Part shown: positions 13,101 to 26,306 of the stretch, in pieces
Numbering within the stretch: position 1 is the stretch's first letter
Layout: each line of letters begins with the position of its first letter
Program-made: the position numbers and the translations under genes
Assembly (NCBI RefSeq): GCF_902459465.1
Contig: NC_047081.1
Location: forward strand, 12,586,001 to 12,650,000
DNA: 64,000 nucleotides
Direction of reading: 5' to 3'
DNA from: Asterias rubens
Taxonomy: Eukaryota
The notes under the pieces: generated by a model
Database searches by the model: none
Told to the model about the DNA's origin: nothing
What the model saw: only the letters and a program-made list of their open reading frames with translations

Positions 13101-16100
13101 CAGTGCCAGGAAAAAGTAAGTGCACACACTTACAGTACAAATACTATTAAAACACTGGCTACAATAGACCTTTATCACTGTGTGGTCGTCTTCATGTTAC
13201 TCCATTCCCACTCATTGTAACCAAAGTGACAGCATGATCATTGAGTAAGGACATAAACAAGGTCTTTTACAATGTCCAACCATAGAGGAAGAGTCCAACA
13301 ATGGTAGCACCTTGGTCATTAGTGTAGAGGCTTATAGATTGTACAACTATGGTCAACCAGCACATAATGTCATAAATGTTGAAACAAGAGTAAAAGACTT
13401 CTGCTGGTAGATTCCATCTCCCTCCTGCTATACACATACATTACGTTGTAATGAACCCGTCTCAGTAATTTGTGCCTTAAGTCATAAAGGCATGTCTGGC
13501 GCCAAGGATATCTGACATGTCTGATGCCCATCATGCCCACTGCCTGGCCAAGAGTTTCAGGAATTAGAGTTCAAGTATTCAATCCATATTCTCACTAAGG
13601 GGGGAAGCAAATTTGGCCAATCACTCTCAATTAAATCACCCGATGTTGAACATCACTCGTTTTTATATTCCATTAAATGTCTGTTTATTATATGCATTGA
13701 GCTATGAATTATAACTATCAATACTGAACACTGTTCAAAAGAGTATAGAATTCAACTAATCAACCTGCAATAGTTTGTTATAAAGCAGAAAACTTAAAAC
13801 ATTGGCCTTTTTGAGAAAATAATGATTTGGTATACTAATTGAGAAAGCTGGGCCCAATTTCAGTGCTTTGCTTTACCAGAGAATTAAAAGTTGGTTTGTA
13901 CTACAAGTGTGTACATGTCCCTTAAGTGTAATTTAGTAGCTTCTTTTTTCTTTTTTTTTGCAAGCTCTTTATTGATCACCTGACATCTACGTGTCATGAC
14001 ATCTGCAGAGCAATTTGTTCTGAGCCAGCCTCTTGAGGACTGTACATGCAAATTGGCTGTCACCTAACGTGCCATCTTAAACAGGCCCAAGGTCTGCGCT
14101 ACAACGCACTTGGCATTGATTAACCCAGAGCATGAGCACACACTCATAAATCTAGAGTCCTTACACCAATCACGAGTGCTGCATTCTGTTCTGAGTAATA
14201 GGCAACATCCCTCAGTCAAGCTCTAACATGTCTGACTAATTAACCACTGGTCTACAAGGGTAACCGGAGACATGCCTCTTTCCACGACTCCTCTTGAATA
14301 TATATGAATTTTATGTCATGTACATTCGTATTACACTTGTGATAAGTCAATTTGTAATTAAGTATTACCTGTGATAACATAATATTTTGAGTGCTGTGTG
14401 AATTAACAGAAATCACATGATGTACAATGTACACACACATCTTCTCTACAATCCTCACCAACCATTACACATTTACTGAGCACTGTGTTATTTAATGTTA
14501 TTGAAGGCACTTCCCAATTCCCTTGTAAACACAAATCTTACGCACCATACATTGTAAGCCTACTGTGTGCAATTTGTTACTGTAAATAAAATTCAAGAAG
14601 TTGAATTGGATTATAATGCAGTCTCCAGGATACAATGTATATGTGTTCAAATGTGTAGTGTGCATAATATCAAATTTGAGTCTGCTCAAAATTATGTGAT
14701 GTTAGGGACACTGTGCTGAGCAGACTGTACATGTACGTACAGTGTACCAGTCACTGTTCATCCCAGTGCAGCGACTTTTCTTTAGCTCGTATCATTTTTA
14801 GGCTTCTCTAGATGATCGTCATCATCGTTGAAGCTAGTATTGCATGTATTGATTTGAAATGGCCCCTTCTGATTTCCTGTTGGCATTCTCTGGCTAAAAA
14901 TAAAAATTTGTTTTGACGTGAGGTGTGCAGGTGTTGCCTTTAAGCTCAGAAAAAAGTAGGAGTTCAGATTGTACTTAGAAGACTCTGTTTCACATTAAAT
15001 GCAAATAATAGTTAACGGCTTGATGTTTTGATCCTATCAGAGTCTATTTCAAAGGCTAAATCAAACCACAACAAACCCAGACAATTTACTGGTTTAGTAA
15101 CAAAACAGACTTTTGTTTTAAAATCCACTGTCCTTTAAGATAAAATATTTAATAATGATTGACCCCAACCATCTTCATTCCTTCAATATCCTAAGAAAGT
15201 TTATGTTTCATTCGACTCTGTGGGACTGCACTAATCAATTTCAGTTTAGAAGAACTAAAAATACTACATGTAATGGTGGTGCCTTCTCTGTAGTAATCTT
15301 CAATAGTAAAGTGTTATTTATGGGATGTTCTACATGTATGTGTTTGGAAAAAATTAGTGGCCAACTTGAAATTATTAGATTCTTAAAAAAAAAAAAAAAA
15401 CGAACAATCAAAACAAGACACCTACATTAATGTGCAGCTCTTCACTCGCATCAAGAAAAAGTTATCATGACAATCTTCCAGAGTTCAATTTCCCCTACTC
15501 CAGGTATTTTGTTGATAATTACACCACCTTGTAAAATTATACAAACAGTTGTGTATTCATTTTACAAAATGTTTTGGGTTGAACCACGAAACATACTAGA
15601 TTGGGACTTATCTGAGCTATATGGCCCCATCTGAGCTACATTGTACATCTCCATGAAGCATGTATGTTGGCGGTCTCCCTACACATGCCCTAGTTTGTCA
15701 ACATGAATCTATAAATGTTTGAACCAATATTGACAGAATAGGGAGACTGCCAACATAAATGAATGTACATGCAGGGCGAGATAGCTCTTGGCATGCTTGA
15801 TAGAGTGCTGGCCTGCAATCTAGATGTCACAGATTCAAGTCCTGCTCAGGTCAATTTGTCTTGAATTGACTTCCCCAATCAGTTTCCCTTGTCTGAAGTA
15901 ATATTTTATAAAAAGACTCGGGTCTTTAGCATTTACACTAACTATGTCAGCATTTTGGGACTCTAATTGTTCAGCTCTGGTGTTTTGGTATGGGGGTGGA
16001 TGGAGTGAGGTTAGGCACTGGCCTTGGAGAGTTACCTAGGTTATAGTTCCCAGTGACTAACTCTGGTATGGGTCCTGTTGATGCTGAGCTGATTCCTAGG

Positions 16101-19100
16101 GGGTCAAGTTGGGCAAGATGGTGTCCCCGAAGCTACAATTTCAAATCAAGTTAAATAACATTAATTTATACAAGTAGTGTGTTCAGTTACTGCATTAGAG
16201 CCGAAGAACATCTTTTTAGTGAAGGGCTGCGATCAACAATACAAACTCATCCACACAGTAGGTCTGTAGCCAGCCTCTGTCGTTTCCGGAGATTTTCATG
16301 GTAGAAAATGTTTGCCAGTGTATATATTCAACCTAATTTCTTCCTAATAGGATTAGGGTTCAGGCAATACCAACCAACAAATAAACATTTCATTCATTAA
16401 TTACTGAAGACAATATTGTCGGGATCTAGAAAGTTGGTGTCCAAAACGTGGTATTCAATTTAAAACATGGGTTTGCAATATTCATGCATCCCCACCTTAC
16501 ACCTTCCCTCCATACTTAAAACACAAAATACAGAATTTGTAATATAATTCAATTGGCGTCAAACAGCATGTCTGCAATTTCCTTCATTCCACAATAGTCA
16601 GAAGGTGTATAATTTATCTTGATTGAATTTGATCAGTCCATGATGAATGTCTATACTGTAGATTTAAAGGAAATGCCTTGAGTACATTGTACCTCTTGAA
16701 TATAAAAACAAATGCTAAGTACATGTACTGTGAGTATTGTGTATTGTACAATGTACATGTATACGTAGGGCTTGAGTGTCTGACAATGAACTGAGGAAGT
16801 TGTCACACAATCAGGAGGTTGTTTTCCTTCAAAGTGTTGGGAGCTCAAGGTCTGACTTCTTTTAGAAAAGGCTGCTTTGAAGTACTGTACCGTGTCTGAT
16901 GTACAATACAAAACAGTGAATGTTCTACTAAAAGTACTTCTTTTCAGAGCTTTAGCTTTCACATGAAATTTTCAGATTTGTTGAAAACAGCCAGTCCCAT
17001 GAGCTGCTTGTATAAATCTGTGCAGTCCATTATGGTTTTAGCTCTAAGATACATGTACAGTAGGGGTGTGAGGATACCAAGGTATGGTCTGTAGTAAATA
17101 CTTTGCAAGCAAACAAGTTGTGAATGTATTCTTTCATTATAAATGGATTAAACAACTAATAGTTGTTAGTGCTTAACTACACTCACACAAATGTTATCAA
17201 TATGAGGCTGGAGGTCGAAATAGTATGCTACCAAAAAGGGAACAAGAACGTTGCAAGTATAATATGTTCAACAATGTATCGCAAGGGAGGGTAACCAGAC
17301 AGGGGAGACCATGATTTGGAAGAATTTGTACATGTACATTAACACATGGCTTCATTTCTGGTTGGGACTTAAAGGGCCATTTCTAAGCCAAGTGGTTTCC
17401 CACATTAAAACAGTTGTTAACAGGGCCCACTTTCCTACAACTGCTACATGTAAGTGGCTGATTCTGTGCTAACTGTGTGATTTCCATTTCCTAAGGCTGC
17501 TATAAACCATAGTGGGAAAAGAGCACCCTTCCAGTGCTTTCTCTGAAAAGCTATGATTTAGCAATGCAAATCAAAGGTAAACGGCTGTGAAATGCAAGCT
17601 CTAAAATCACAAGTCTGTGACCTGGGCAGACGCCACAGTTTAGAGGAGTGTGGAATTCAAAGCATGGGTAAATAAACACTATTTATATCCACATCTTCAA
17701 GAAAACAGACCTGATAGGAACGGATGATAGTCTGGACAGACAAGTGATCTTCAATAACTCTCCTATCCAAGGGTGCCCCCAAAGACCTCCCCGCTGGTGG
17801 AGTCATCGTCGTAGCAACGGCTTGTGTTGATGCGGGATACATGGTAGATACAGGAGGGGGTGGGGTGTAAGCTGTACCTGGGGCAGCACCATTTTGAGCG
17901 TTGCGGAAGAAAATGTCCCATGACTGCAAAAGAAAATTGCAAAAAGTTTGGTTAGTAATGCAATGTCTCTCTGAACTGGGTTACTATGACAGTTATGACT
18001 TCTGGAAATAATGGCTAAGTGGTCCTACTGGCTACTAGTTCATCTGGTTTTTCTGCTCACAGAAATTGGTATCTTGAAAAGGAATTTTAGGAGTTAATTT
18101 GTGTGGCCAAAAATCTCATAGGCTTAGCATGTACATGTACTGACTTAAATCAAGGGATGCGCCCCTCCAAAACCCTGTCACAAAGAATTTCAACACAGAA
18201 CAAAAAAGCTACACGTACATGTATGTCATTTTGACGACAAAGGATGCCTTTATCAGTAGAATGCCTTTATCAGTTCACTGTGTACAATGCTTAGTAACAT
18301 GCACAAAGATGCCAAATTCCTGTGAAATACGTTTGACGTACACACAGAATTCCCTGCTTCTGTAAGCGCCGATTCTGTGCTTAGGGTAAGCAGAGCAATG
18401 AAATTGGGCCCTGTAGAGGGCGCTATACTAGAAACATGTTGATAGTTTTTGTAGTAGTGGTTACTAATAACAAGTTAAAGTGACACATTACCTTGGATTG
18501 GTCAAGTTGGTCCATGAAAAACTTTTGGAACCGTTTTATAAAATTCATGGTTTGAAAGATGTTCAAAAAGTAGAAAATAATGTTCCACACAAATGTGCCT
18601 CTAAACATTGCGACTTACATGTAACACAGTCGTCATTTTGTGGAGTCATAAATTTGACTCCACAAAATGGCCGACTGTGTTAGTTCACCATTTATAAGGA
18701 AAACTGTGCAATTTCGAGGCATATTTGTGTGGATCGTTATATCATACTTTTAAAACAACAAAACTGTTATAATTGCTTTCCATGGAACAACTTGCCCCAT
18801 CCAAAGTAACGTGCCCCCTTATTCCAATGCCAAGTATCCAATGCCTACGTGTGGTACTGAGGACATTCATAGAGTTGGAGGAAGAGTTCCTTCCTCCATG
18901 GGCCATCCACATTGGTGGCTATATTAGTCTATGCTCTTACCTTAGTCTATGGCTTGCTATGGCTTGCTTATATTGGCATATTGGTGTTGCCAAAGAGGTT
19001 GTTTATTTACTTCACTTCCTTAAATGCCATCATGTAAATGTATGATGAAGTGGAAATGCAGCCATTATAGCTGTTAATTTAATACTGCCGACTCCTAATA

Positions 19101-19910
19101 TACTACACGGTTTGTCGTGGAGAAACCTAGCACTTAGCAGCCAGTAGATACAACCAGGATTAAAATAAAAATAGATCAATCTTGGTTCACTCATTACTCA
19201 TTCTCCGTCATGTCCGTAGTCTAGTCTAATGTGACAGTCAAAAGTGTTAAGAGTGTGCAGGTCCTACCACCACCAGGGTCACTTCTAAAAATAAAATGTG
19301 TTTGCACCCTAATATAAATATTAATAACAATAAAATTTCCAATTATAAATAAAAAATATTTGTTTAGTTTGACTTATATGTAAAATTCTGGGTTCATACT
19401 TTTTTAATTAAAACGTTCTACTCTAGCTAGCAAGCAACTTGTCTAAAAACACACAACATCCCCAACAATAGGACAACATTACAGGCAGAAAGTAGAGAAA
19501 TACTTGACCAGGCAGTGCAGTGATTTATACTTCTTGAATGATTGATAAAATAGGTAAACTCAAGACTCAATCAATCAAACTAAATAAATTATACTAGGAC
19601 CTATGTTATGTACACATAAACCACTCGGATGCAATTCTTAATCTTATTGAATGAAGATCACCTTATGCACAGATTTGGGATCTTCAAGCCATGATTGGTA
19701 CATTTCTTCCACATAGTTCGAGCTACTGCCGCTCAGAAATGGCTCTGCAGCAACTGGAGCTGCATAGCCTCGCCGGGCTTGATGTCCATTTGGCGGGCAC
19801 CCGGTAACTGCTGCACCGGGTGACCGTAACGTCCTGAGGTAGCGAGATGTGGGCCCCCGATGTCCAGCCTGGAGTTGACCAAACGTCAACAGCGTCTTAA
19901 AACGGTACAT
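1164..19910 (-). CDS. OGDH: 2-oxoglutarate dehydrogenase E1 component, mitochondrial (5' part; gene continues past the left edge)
   Basis: Exons read with GT-AG ends and consistent phases: 19662-19910, 17711-17923, [16036-16132 OR 11956-12058], 7689-7789, 7211-7365, 6629-6775, 6088-6178, 5528-5707, 5264-5392, 3150-3329, 2243-2395, 1730-1832, 1164-1280. Peptides include [54 protein letters not shown], the ThDP motif [10 protein letters not shown]...[12 protein letters not shown] and [12 protein letters not shown]. The N-terminus is Arg-rich, like a mitochondrial presequence. Confidence 0.97.
5036..5226. mobile_element. TA-flanked MITE (Tc1/mariner-type target)
   Basis: TA-aagcccagatcatacttcctgc...gcaggaagtatgaaccgggctt-TA; inverted termini extend into gaatgcgaagtgaat / attcacttcgcattc. 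Confidence 0.75.
10519..10563 (-). CDS. Candidate 45-nt in-frame cassette exon of OGDH
   Basis: aatcag|TATGGCCTC...ACACAG|gttgat is 45 nt, phase 1-1 and open ([15 protein letters not shown]), lying between exon 3b and the next constitutive exon. The donor is weak and the peptide is not recognisably conserved. Confidence 0.3.
10748..10897. mobile_element. Short palindromic MITE
   Basis: caataggagactttc...gcagcagacataccgggtaaatttccattgtt pairs with aacaatggatttacccggtaagtctgctgcc...gaaagtctcccattg. Confidence 0.75.
11956..12058 (-). CDS. OGDH: OGDH alternative exon 3b (103 nt, phase 0 to 1)
   Basis: tttcag|ATT CGG GGC CAT...AAG ATG G|gtaagg encodes [34 protein letters not shown]. Confidence 0.92.
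15664..15756. mobile_element. Small MITE; related half copy near 40240-40262
   Basis: Inverted termini atgttggcggtctcccta / tagggagactgccaacat. Confidence 0.6.
16036..16132 (-). CDS. OGDH: OGDH alternative exon 3a (97 nt, phase 0 to 1)
   Basis: ttgtag|CTT CGG GGA CAC...AAC CTA G|gtaact encodes [32 protein letters not shown], a paralogue of exon 3b. Too short for the ORF track. Confidence 0.9.
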
Positions 19911-21908
19911 TGCGAGGGCTGCTTAGTCCGATTCGGCAACAAGCCGAGTATCTCGAGATTCTGTCTTATAAAGTGAAACACTTGTTGCTTTAGTGGCTCC
20001 AGTTTAACGCTGGAACACCTCTTTTTTTCCTAGAGTCTACCACCCCGAAATCGCGGCGATGGGCCTGCAGAAAAGCTGTTGTTGTTCGCGTTGGAATCCA
20101 ACCACGCAGTGTAGAAACACCATCAACGCGCTGAAAACTTTACTGAACTTTCCTTCAAAAGGACAGCAGTGTTCTAGTGGTCAGTCACTGTGATGAAAAT
20201 AATGGTAATGATGTGCAGGATTCTTTTAGGACACAAATACTTCTAAAATATAACTAAGATCCATGAATTGGGAGTACAAGAAAGGTTCAACAAACTCCAC
20301 AAGGTTCTTCTTGGTGTAAATTCGGGCTGATCCGTCGTCGTGTGTGTGTGTGTGCACACAGGCGGCCGGCCTCTGCGTGAAAAGGCTTCGTAGTAGAAAG
20401 TACCAAATCAATATCTTTACAATGATGCAATGCCGGCATTTCCTGCTTGCTTAAAACTTATCCAGCACACAATTTCTACCACAGTTTGATTGATGTTGTC
20501 AGTAGAACTCTCTTCAATAATATATCCTTTTACTGGATACTGAATTCGGCAGACAGCTGGAAGAAGGCCGATGTGCCTTTGGTGGAATTTCCAAGTAGTT
20601 CATGTACAACAGCAACATGCGAATGTGTGTGTGTGTTAGAGCAATTATTATTGGGAAGTGATGTACATGTACATGTTCATTACATGTACTGTATGTACGA
20701 TACGAAGGGAAGAGACCGATAAGATGTCGTAATGTATATGGAACGCAAAATGGGTAAAACAAAAATAGTTTGTTTACACACAGAGAAGTTGCAGATTTTT
20801 GAAGTCCACTCAAATAATTTCAATGCTCTTCTCTATCGTGCAAGCAAGCACACTTGAGTATATTATTTGGACCAATGAGTATTTTTTATTCGGGAAAAAC
20901 ATTCACAAGTACGAATAATAATTCACAAGAACAGATTGACATGAAACAGAGTCACCTCCCTACAAAGTTGCCCCCTTACAGAGTCGCCACCTATAAATCA
21001 CGTCCCCCTCCCCTGTTTGAGAAATCTTGGATCCGCCCCTCTAATGGATTTTGGTGTACAGAATATAGGTAATGATTTGAAAATAAGCATCACAGAGAAA
21101 ACTATTGTAATCGGTAGTTTGGTACTCATCTCATAAAACTCATCTCATAGACAATGTTTCTGTTGAAGCCACACACCTTCCACCTTCGAACAGCATTCGG
21201 AGCCCATTTGAAATCTGGACTCATTGGAATTGGAAATTCGAGGGTAAAATACATAATATTTTGACAGTTTGGTGGAGGTTTTCTTCAATACTATTTTATT
21301 TTGGCGGGTCTTTTCTTTAATTTTATTTATTCATTAATTGTTCAATTAATTCAATAAATTAATTACTTCCTTATGATATTTATTATTTATATTTTGTACA
21401 TGTATACGGACATGGTCTTGTTTTAAATTATGAAAACGGACCCACCCCAGCCACAATGATTTTTTCCCAAACGACATTACACTATTTGTTTTCAGTTTCC
21501 GTCAAAATTGGCTCTTTTCGTCATATTGAAATTATTAAAATCTTATACCAAATCATTGCAAGGTCGTTTGGGAAAAAAATACCCCCCCCCCCCCCGGCTG
21601 GGTCCCAGTTCATAACATGCCGGTTCTATTTCAGCCCGTTTGGCAATCCATACTAAAAAAAAAATTCAAGGAATTTGCAATCCTTGTTGGATGGTTTGTT
21701 GCTCCATGCAGTTCTACGGTGAATGTTGTTAGTGAAATACATTGATTTAGAAGCACTGAAAACTAAAAATGACAGGAGTGTCGAACAAAAGCACAATATT
21801 TTAAACTCATTTTTATTCTGAGGTTTGGCGTCCCATAATAAATCCTGTTGCCCCGCCTTCACTCTTTATGCCACAAGAGGTCGCCCTCACTATTGAGTAA
21901 AAAATAAA

Positions 21909-24546
21909 ATGGCAACAATCAAGGAGAGGTTTGAGCAACTTGTTAGTGCATTTTTTGAGAATTTTACTTTCCAAAACGGGTTGTACAGGGGTCACGTTGA
22001 CGACAAACAAAAGTTAAAGGAGTTTGAAGATAATTTATGCCAACTTGGGCTGAAATTTTCAACGAGGACCTCAACTTACAGACAGGAAAAGGAGTGTCTT
22101 TCTGGTGAGTGAGTTCGAATTGGATTATTTTATGGAGGAGAGTGTCAACGGACGAATGTAAAAACTTAAGTGTGGAACTGAAACTCAGAATGTCTGGTGG
22201 TACGGTGGTGGTGGGGGAAACCGGTTAGGTTCCCACATGGTTGTTTTTTCTGTTTTTATTGCACTTTGATAAAATTGACTCAATAACGTGCAGATGACAA
22301 TGACAGTATAAATTATAATCGGGACCCGTAAAACTAATTATAGTATACCACAGCCACAATTAAAATTACCACGGCCACGGCCCCACACGGCCACAGCCCA
22401 CACCACCACAACCTGACAACAGTCAACAGTTCTCCATCATGCATGATGGCATGCCTTACACCACTGTAGTGCAACTGTCAATGTCATGACTGGCTGTGTC
22501 ACTGTGTCTGTCACACTTGTCAGTGTCAATATTTTATATATTAAAATTATTAGTATATTATTTTTAAATAATATGTATAATTTATATTTTTGTATTAAAT
22601 TATTATGCCTACTTTTTACTAGTTTTTCTAGGGGTAGATCGTAGAGTATTAACTTTTAAAAAGTGCAAGTTAGTGGATAGTGCTTTCAGCTTGTGCCTGG
22701 TTGTGCTGAATCCCTGATGCCCCAAGCTAGGCCCACTTGCTTGTCATGCTTGCCCCTTGTGACCTTGTTCTGTTGAGTTGTAAATGTCTCGATAGCTCAA
22801 CAAGATCATGGAATTGGATTTGGAGGCATGTGTTAACTTTCCACGAGATGCATGAAAAATGCTGTTTATCTTCCTTCAATTCAAGTACAGTTCCTATTAG
22901 AAGTTTGGGGACTCGAGTAATGGCATCATACTATAGTCAATTGGTTAATTGGTTGCACAACACTTTTTGAAAAGTATGATGAGGTTAGGGTTGTTTGTTA
23001 TATATTTGGTGTGCACCTACCTGTCCTCGTTGCGATAACAACCCTCTCCGCAGTCGGGATCGGGAGGAGGGTTATGTTATCGCAACTAGCACCTACCGAC
23101 CTACCAAGTATAGCTCTGCAGATTCTGAAGATTTTTTTTTGTTTCTTTCATTTGGGCTATTCTAACAACAATAAATCAATTACTTTTTAAAAATAACGTA
23201 ACAAATGTTGTCCCCTTCTTTGTGCTTAAAAATTATAACAGTAAATGATTCCCTGTCCTTAAACTTTAGAAGAGGAAATACCAACGCAGCAAGTTGAAGG
23301 AGGATCCATAAATACTTCCATCAGCGTGAACAACTGTACTTTAGTACAAGGAAAAACACAAGCCCCAAATGCTGGTAAATATGATTTAAACCACAATAGG
23401 GCGCTCTCACCACAGACCGCCATCATGGAAGTTTGCTCCCGTGTTAGCGGTTGTTAGAGACCTTATCGCAAATACTCTTTAAGCACGCTGTAGTAGTTGA
23501 ATGAGGTGCATCATGCTGTTTTGAAGTTTGATCCCTAGCTAGACGAGCATGCACATTCAACAGTTGGCGCTTGCACAGAGTGGGTATTTGTGAAAGGTCT
23601 AGTGTGATAGGCTGTTCGTGTTTGATAGCACCCTCTATTGGCGACTCTATCAGCAATAAAAAAAAGCCACAGGAGTAGTGAGATAATTAACAACAGGAGC
23701 ATTCTGAACCAAGACTAGGTATCATGAACAGATGAATACTTGGATGATTGGTCTGCATGCGTTGAGATCAAAGGGAAACATTCGGTAGTGGCTACCAACA
23801 CAGTCGGTCTACCTCAGGGTTCTGTATTTGGACCCATTGGTTATACTATATACACGTTACCTGTCTCAGATATTGCTAGACATCATAAGGTTTCATATCA
23901 CACTTATGCAGATGATACACAGTTGTATTTTTCATTTGATCCTAAGCAACCAAATAGCCTAGATACAGCATTGCAAACCCTTTCAGCGTGTGTTATGGAT
24001 ATAAGTAGTTGGATGGGAAAGAACAAACTTAAACTTAATGAGCAAAAGACAGAATTTTTGGTAATTGGCTCTAAACACAACTTGCGCAACATGAACAATG
24101 TCATTTTTACATTTGGAACCACTCAGATTGCACCATCAACATCAATCAAGAACCTTGGTGTATATTTTGATTGCAATATGTCTATGTCTTACCAAATAAA
24201 CCACCTTTGCAAGTCTGTTCGATTTCAGTTAAAAAAGGGGGTCACAGATACGGAAGTATGTATCTTCGCTCCAATGCAGATCCATTTCGCCTTACTTTTC
24301 CCATGACTCACAGTAAGGCGGGAGATCGAACATTCACTGTTTCAGCAGCTAAAGAGTGGAATGAACTTCCCTCCTATATTAAATCTGCTGAAACAGTGAA
24401 TGTGTTTAAGAAGATTCTTAAAACCTACCTCTTTCCTAATTGATTTTGTTTTTTGTTTTTATTGTTGTTTGTTTGTATAATGTTTAATTTATTGCTCTTT
24501 GTAAACGCTGTGATATGGTTTTACCATGAATAGCGTACCTAAATGC

Positions 24547-24580
<34 letters not shown>

Positions 24581-26306
24581 AGGTTGTGTTGACACAGTTG
24601 GTGTTCACCAAGAATGGTATTCAATCACATTTCAAGTCATAAACCAGGTGCCAAAATGTTTGTTAAACTAATTTGCAAACAAACACAACGACACACTGCA
24701 GGAGGGGTTGAATGGTAGGATAGTGTTACAATTAAAACTGTTGACTGATTTTGTTCAAAATATTGTTTTGTTCCAGAGCAACGGTTGCTCTTCCACCAAG
24801 AAAGAGGGATCTGTATACCTGACTGTGGAATACCCTTCAGTATCATCGGTACAACCTCCAAACAATGTATATATGGGCCCCATTACTGGGCGCATGAGGT
24901 TTCAGGACATGCCAAGCAATCAGAGGTAGGCTTTGTTTGACTGGAAACATTGTGGAATGCTTTATATTCCACCAGATTTCAGTGAGATCATAAATCTGAA
25001 ATGTATGTAAGATGATGTGGCTAATTCACTGGAGCTTGTTTTAAAATCCTACTCACGACACCCATGGCCTTGATTAATTAATAGACTTGTATTGCTTGAG
25101 TAACGGGTACTTGCAAGAGAAGAAATGTTGATGTGAATATTTTGCAAACTGTACCCATTTGCTGCCAGTGCTGTGTATACTCCTTAGGAGTTGAGATGGT
25201 TTTTAGCAATCATGTCAATTATCAAATAATTAATGTAGCTGGCTTCCCAATACATCTTTGCATGCCTTAAGCTTGACCATATTATATCAAACACAATTCA
25301 GCTCCAAGTACAGCAAGGATTGACTTGCCTCTCAAATAGTAGTTGACACTACTTTCCGGGCAGTAACTGCTTACTTTCTTGAAAGTTCATGAAGAGATAT
25401 TATTTTGGTTCTGTCTATCAGTTTAAGTAAATTCGCTTTGTGTTTGTTGATGGATACCAACAGGGAGATGATGGGAGTGTTCGTAAACAGAGATGTCGTC
25501 TACCATCCAAGAAAAAAGGGTGTTCTTCATTTTTCAACGTGAAATGTGCAAGGTATTACCCAGACTTTAAAGTTGACAACAGTTCCCATTATCTATCCAA
25601 GTGGAAGTTACGATGCGCACGTCACAAGGCACTCAACTCTCTGCGAGCTGCTCTAGAAGCCGGAAATCAAACCTTGAAATCATATGATAGGTTTTACATC
25701 GAAATATCAGATATCAGCCAACACAACCATGAGTTAAAACTGCCTGACCCTACTCGGAAAATTCACCCTGGTCTTATCTCTAAGATACAAAACCTAGTCG
25801 GAGAGGGCATTACTGAATTCCAAGAGGTCAAATGTCAACTAGCTGATTTTGTGACCTCTGACATTCTGAACGGATGTGAGGCCCAGCCGCCAAAGTCCAA
25901 CAGATCTTTCTTTCCCTCAGACCTAACGATTCGTAACCTCATACAGAGCGCCCTCGATCAGGAGGCTAAGCAGCGCGAATTGACTTTGCAAGACAACGGG
26001 GCTCAATGCCGACGAATCTTGGAGAAGCTGACGGAGACAACACATCAAATCAAGGATCTAAAGACAATGCAGGGCTTTCTTGGATCTTTAGAACAGCTTT
26101 GGGCTGAAATGGAATCTAAAGTTCACCTAGACAGAGAGATGGTTAGTGTTGGTCAATCCATTGAAGAAAGTATTGGGCATGTCATTCTAAGTTCTTTAGC
26201 ATCAAAGCGACAGGCAGAGGAGATAACTTTGATTGATCTACCTTCGTCTAAAAGACTAGACACAGAGTCAGTCAATGTTTACAATTTTTATTCTGATATG
26301 GGCTAA
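21909..26306 (+). CDS. Calcium-responsive transcription factor (CARF/ALS2CR8 domain)-like protein, about 395 aa
   Basis: Exons 21909-22104 (G|gtgagt), 24777-24925 (ttccag|...GAG|gtaggc) and 25464-26306 are in phase. Spliced peptide has GIPFSIIGTTSKQCIYGPH, SKKKGC...QHNH, RKIHPGLISKIQNLVGEGI and KSNRSFFPSDLTIRNLI, which match my recollection of the vertebrate CARF domain (GIPFV...MECQYGP, RLHPQVAHKIQELVSQGI, HNLSFFPTVNDIKNHI). Orthology is not established. Confidence 0.75.
23790..24578 (+). mobile_element. 5'-truncated, internally deleted L2/CR1-group LINE (reverse transcriptase fragment) in the CARF-like intron 1
   Basis: RT motifs GLPQGSVFGP and YADDTQLY, NKLKLNEQKTEFL, KNLGVYFD; L2-type C-terminus GDRTFTVSAAKEWNELP...FKKILKTYLF in another frame; ends in a (TAA)n tail at about 24546-24578. 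Confidence 0.88.

Noticed and set aside
14859-14867. Another minus-strand RGH (EIRRGHFKS) in the OGDH intron
   Set aside because: No LDPLG homology, and a stop occurs before any suitable donor.
15775-15860. tRNA-like sequences here and near 30345, 46000, 59690 and 61450
   Set aside because: Only degenerate A/B boxes without a full cloverleaf; interpreted as SINE heads, not tRNA genes.
18408-18425. CTCF-like motif CCTGTAGAGGGCGCTA; similar cores near 39915 and 56725
   Set aside because: It overlaps MITE ends and this core is common in repeats; no evidence of function from sequence alone.
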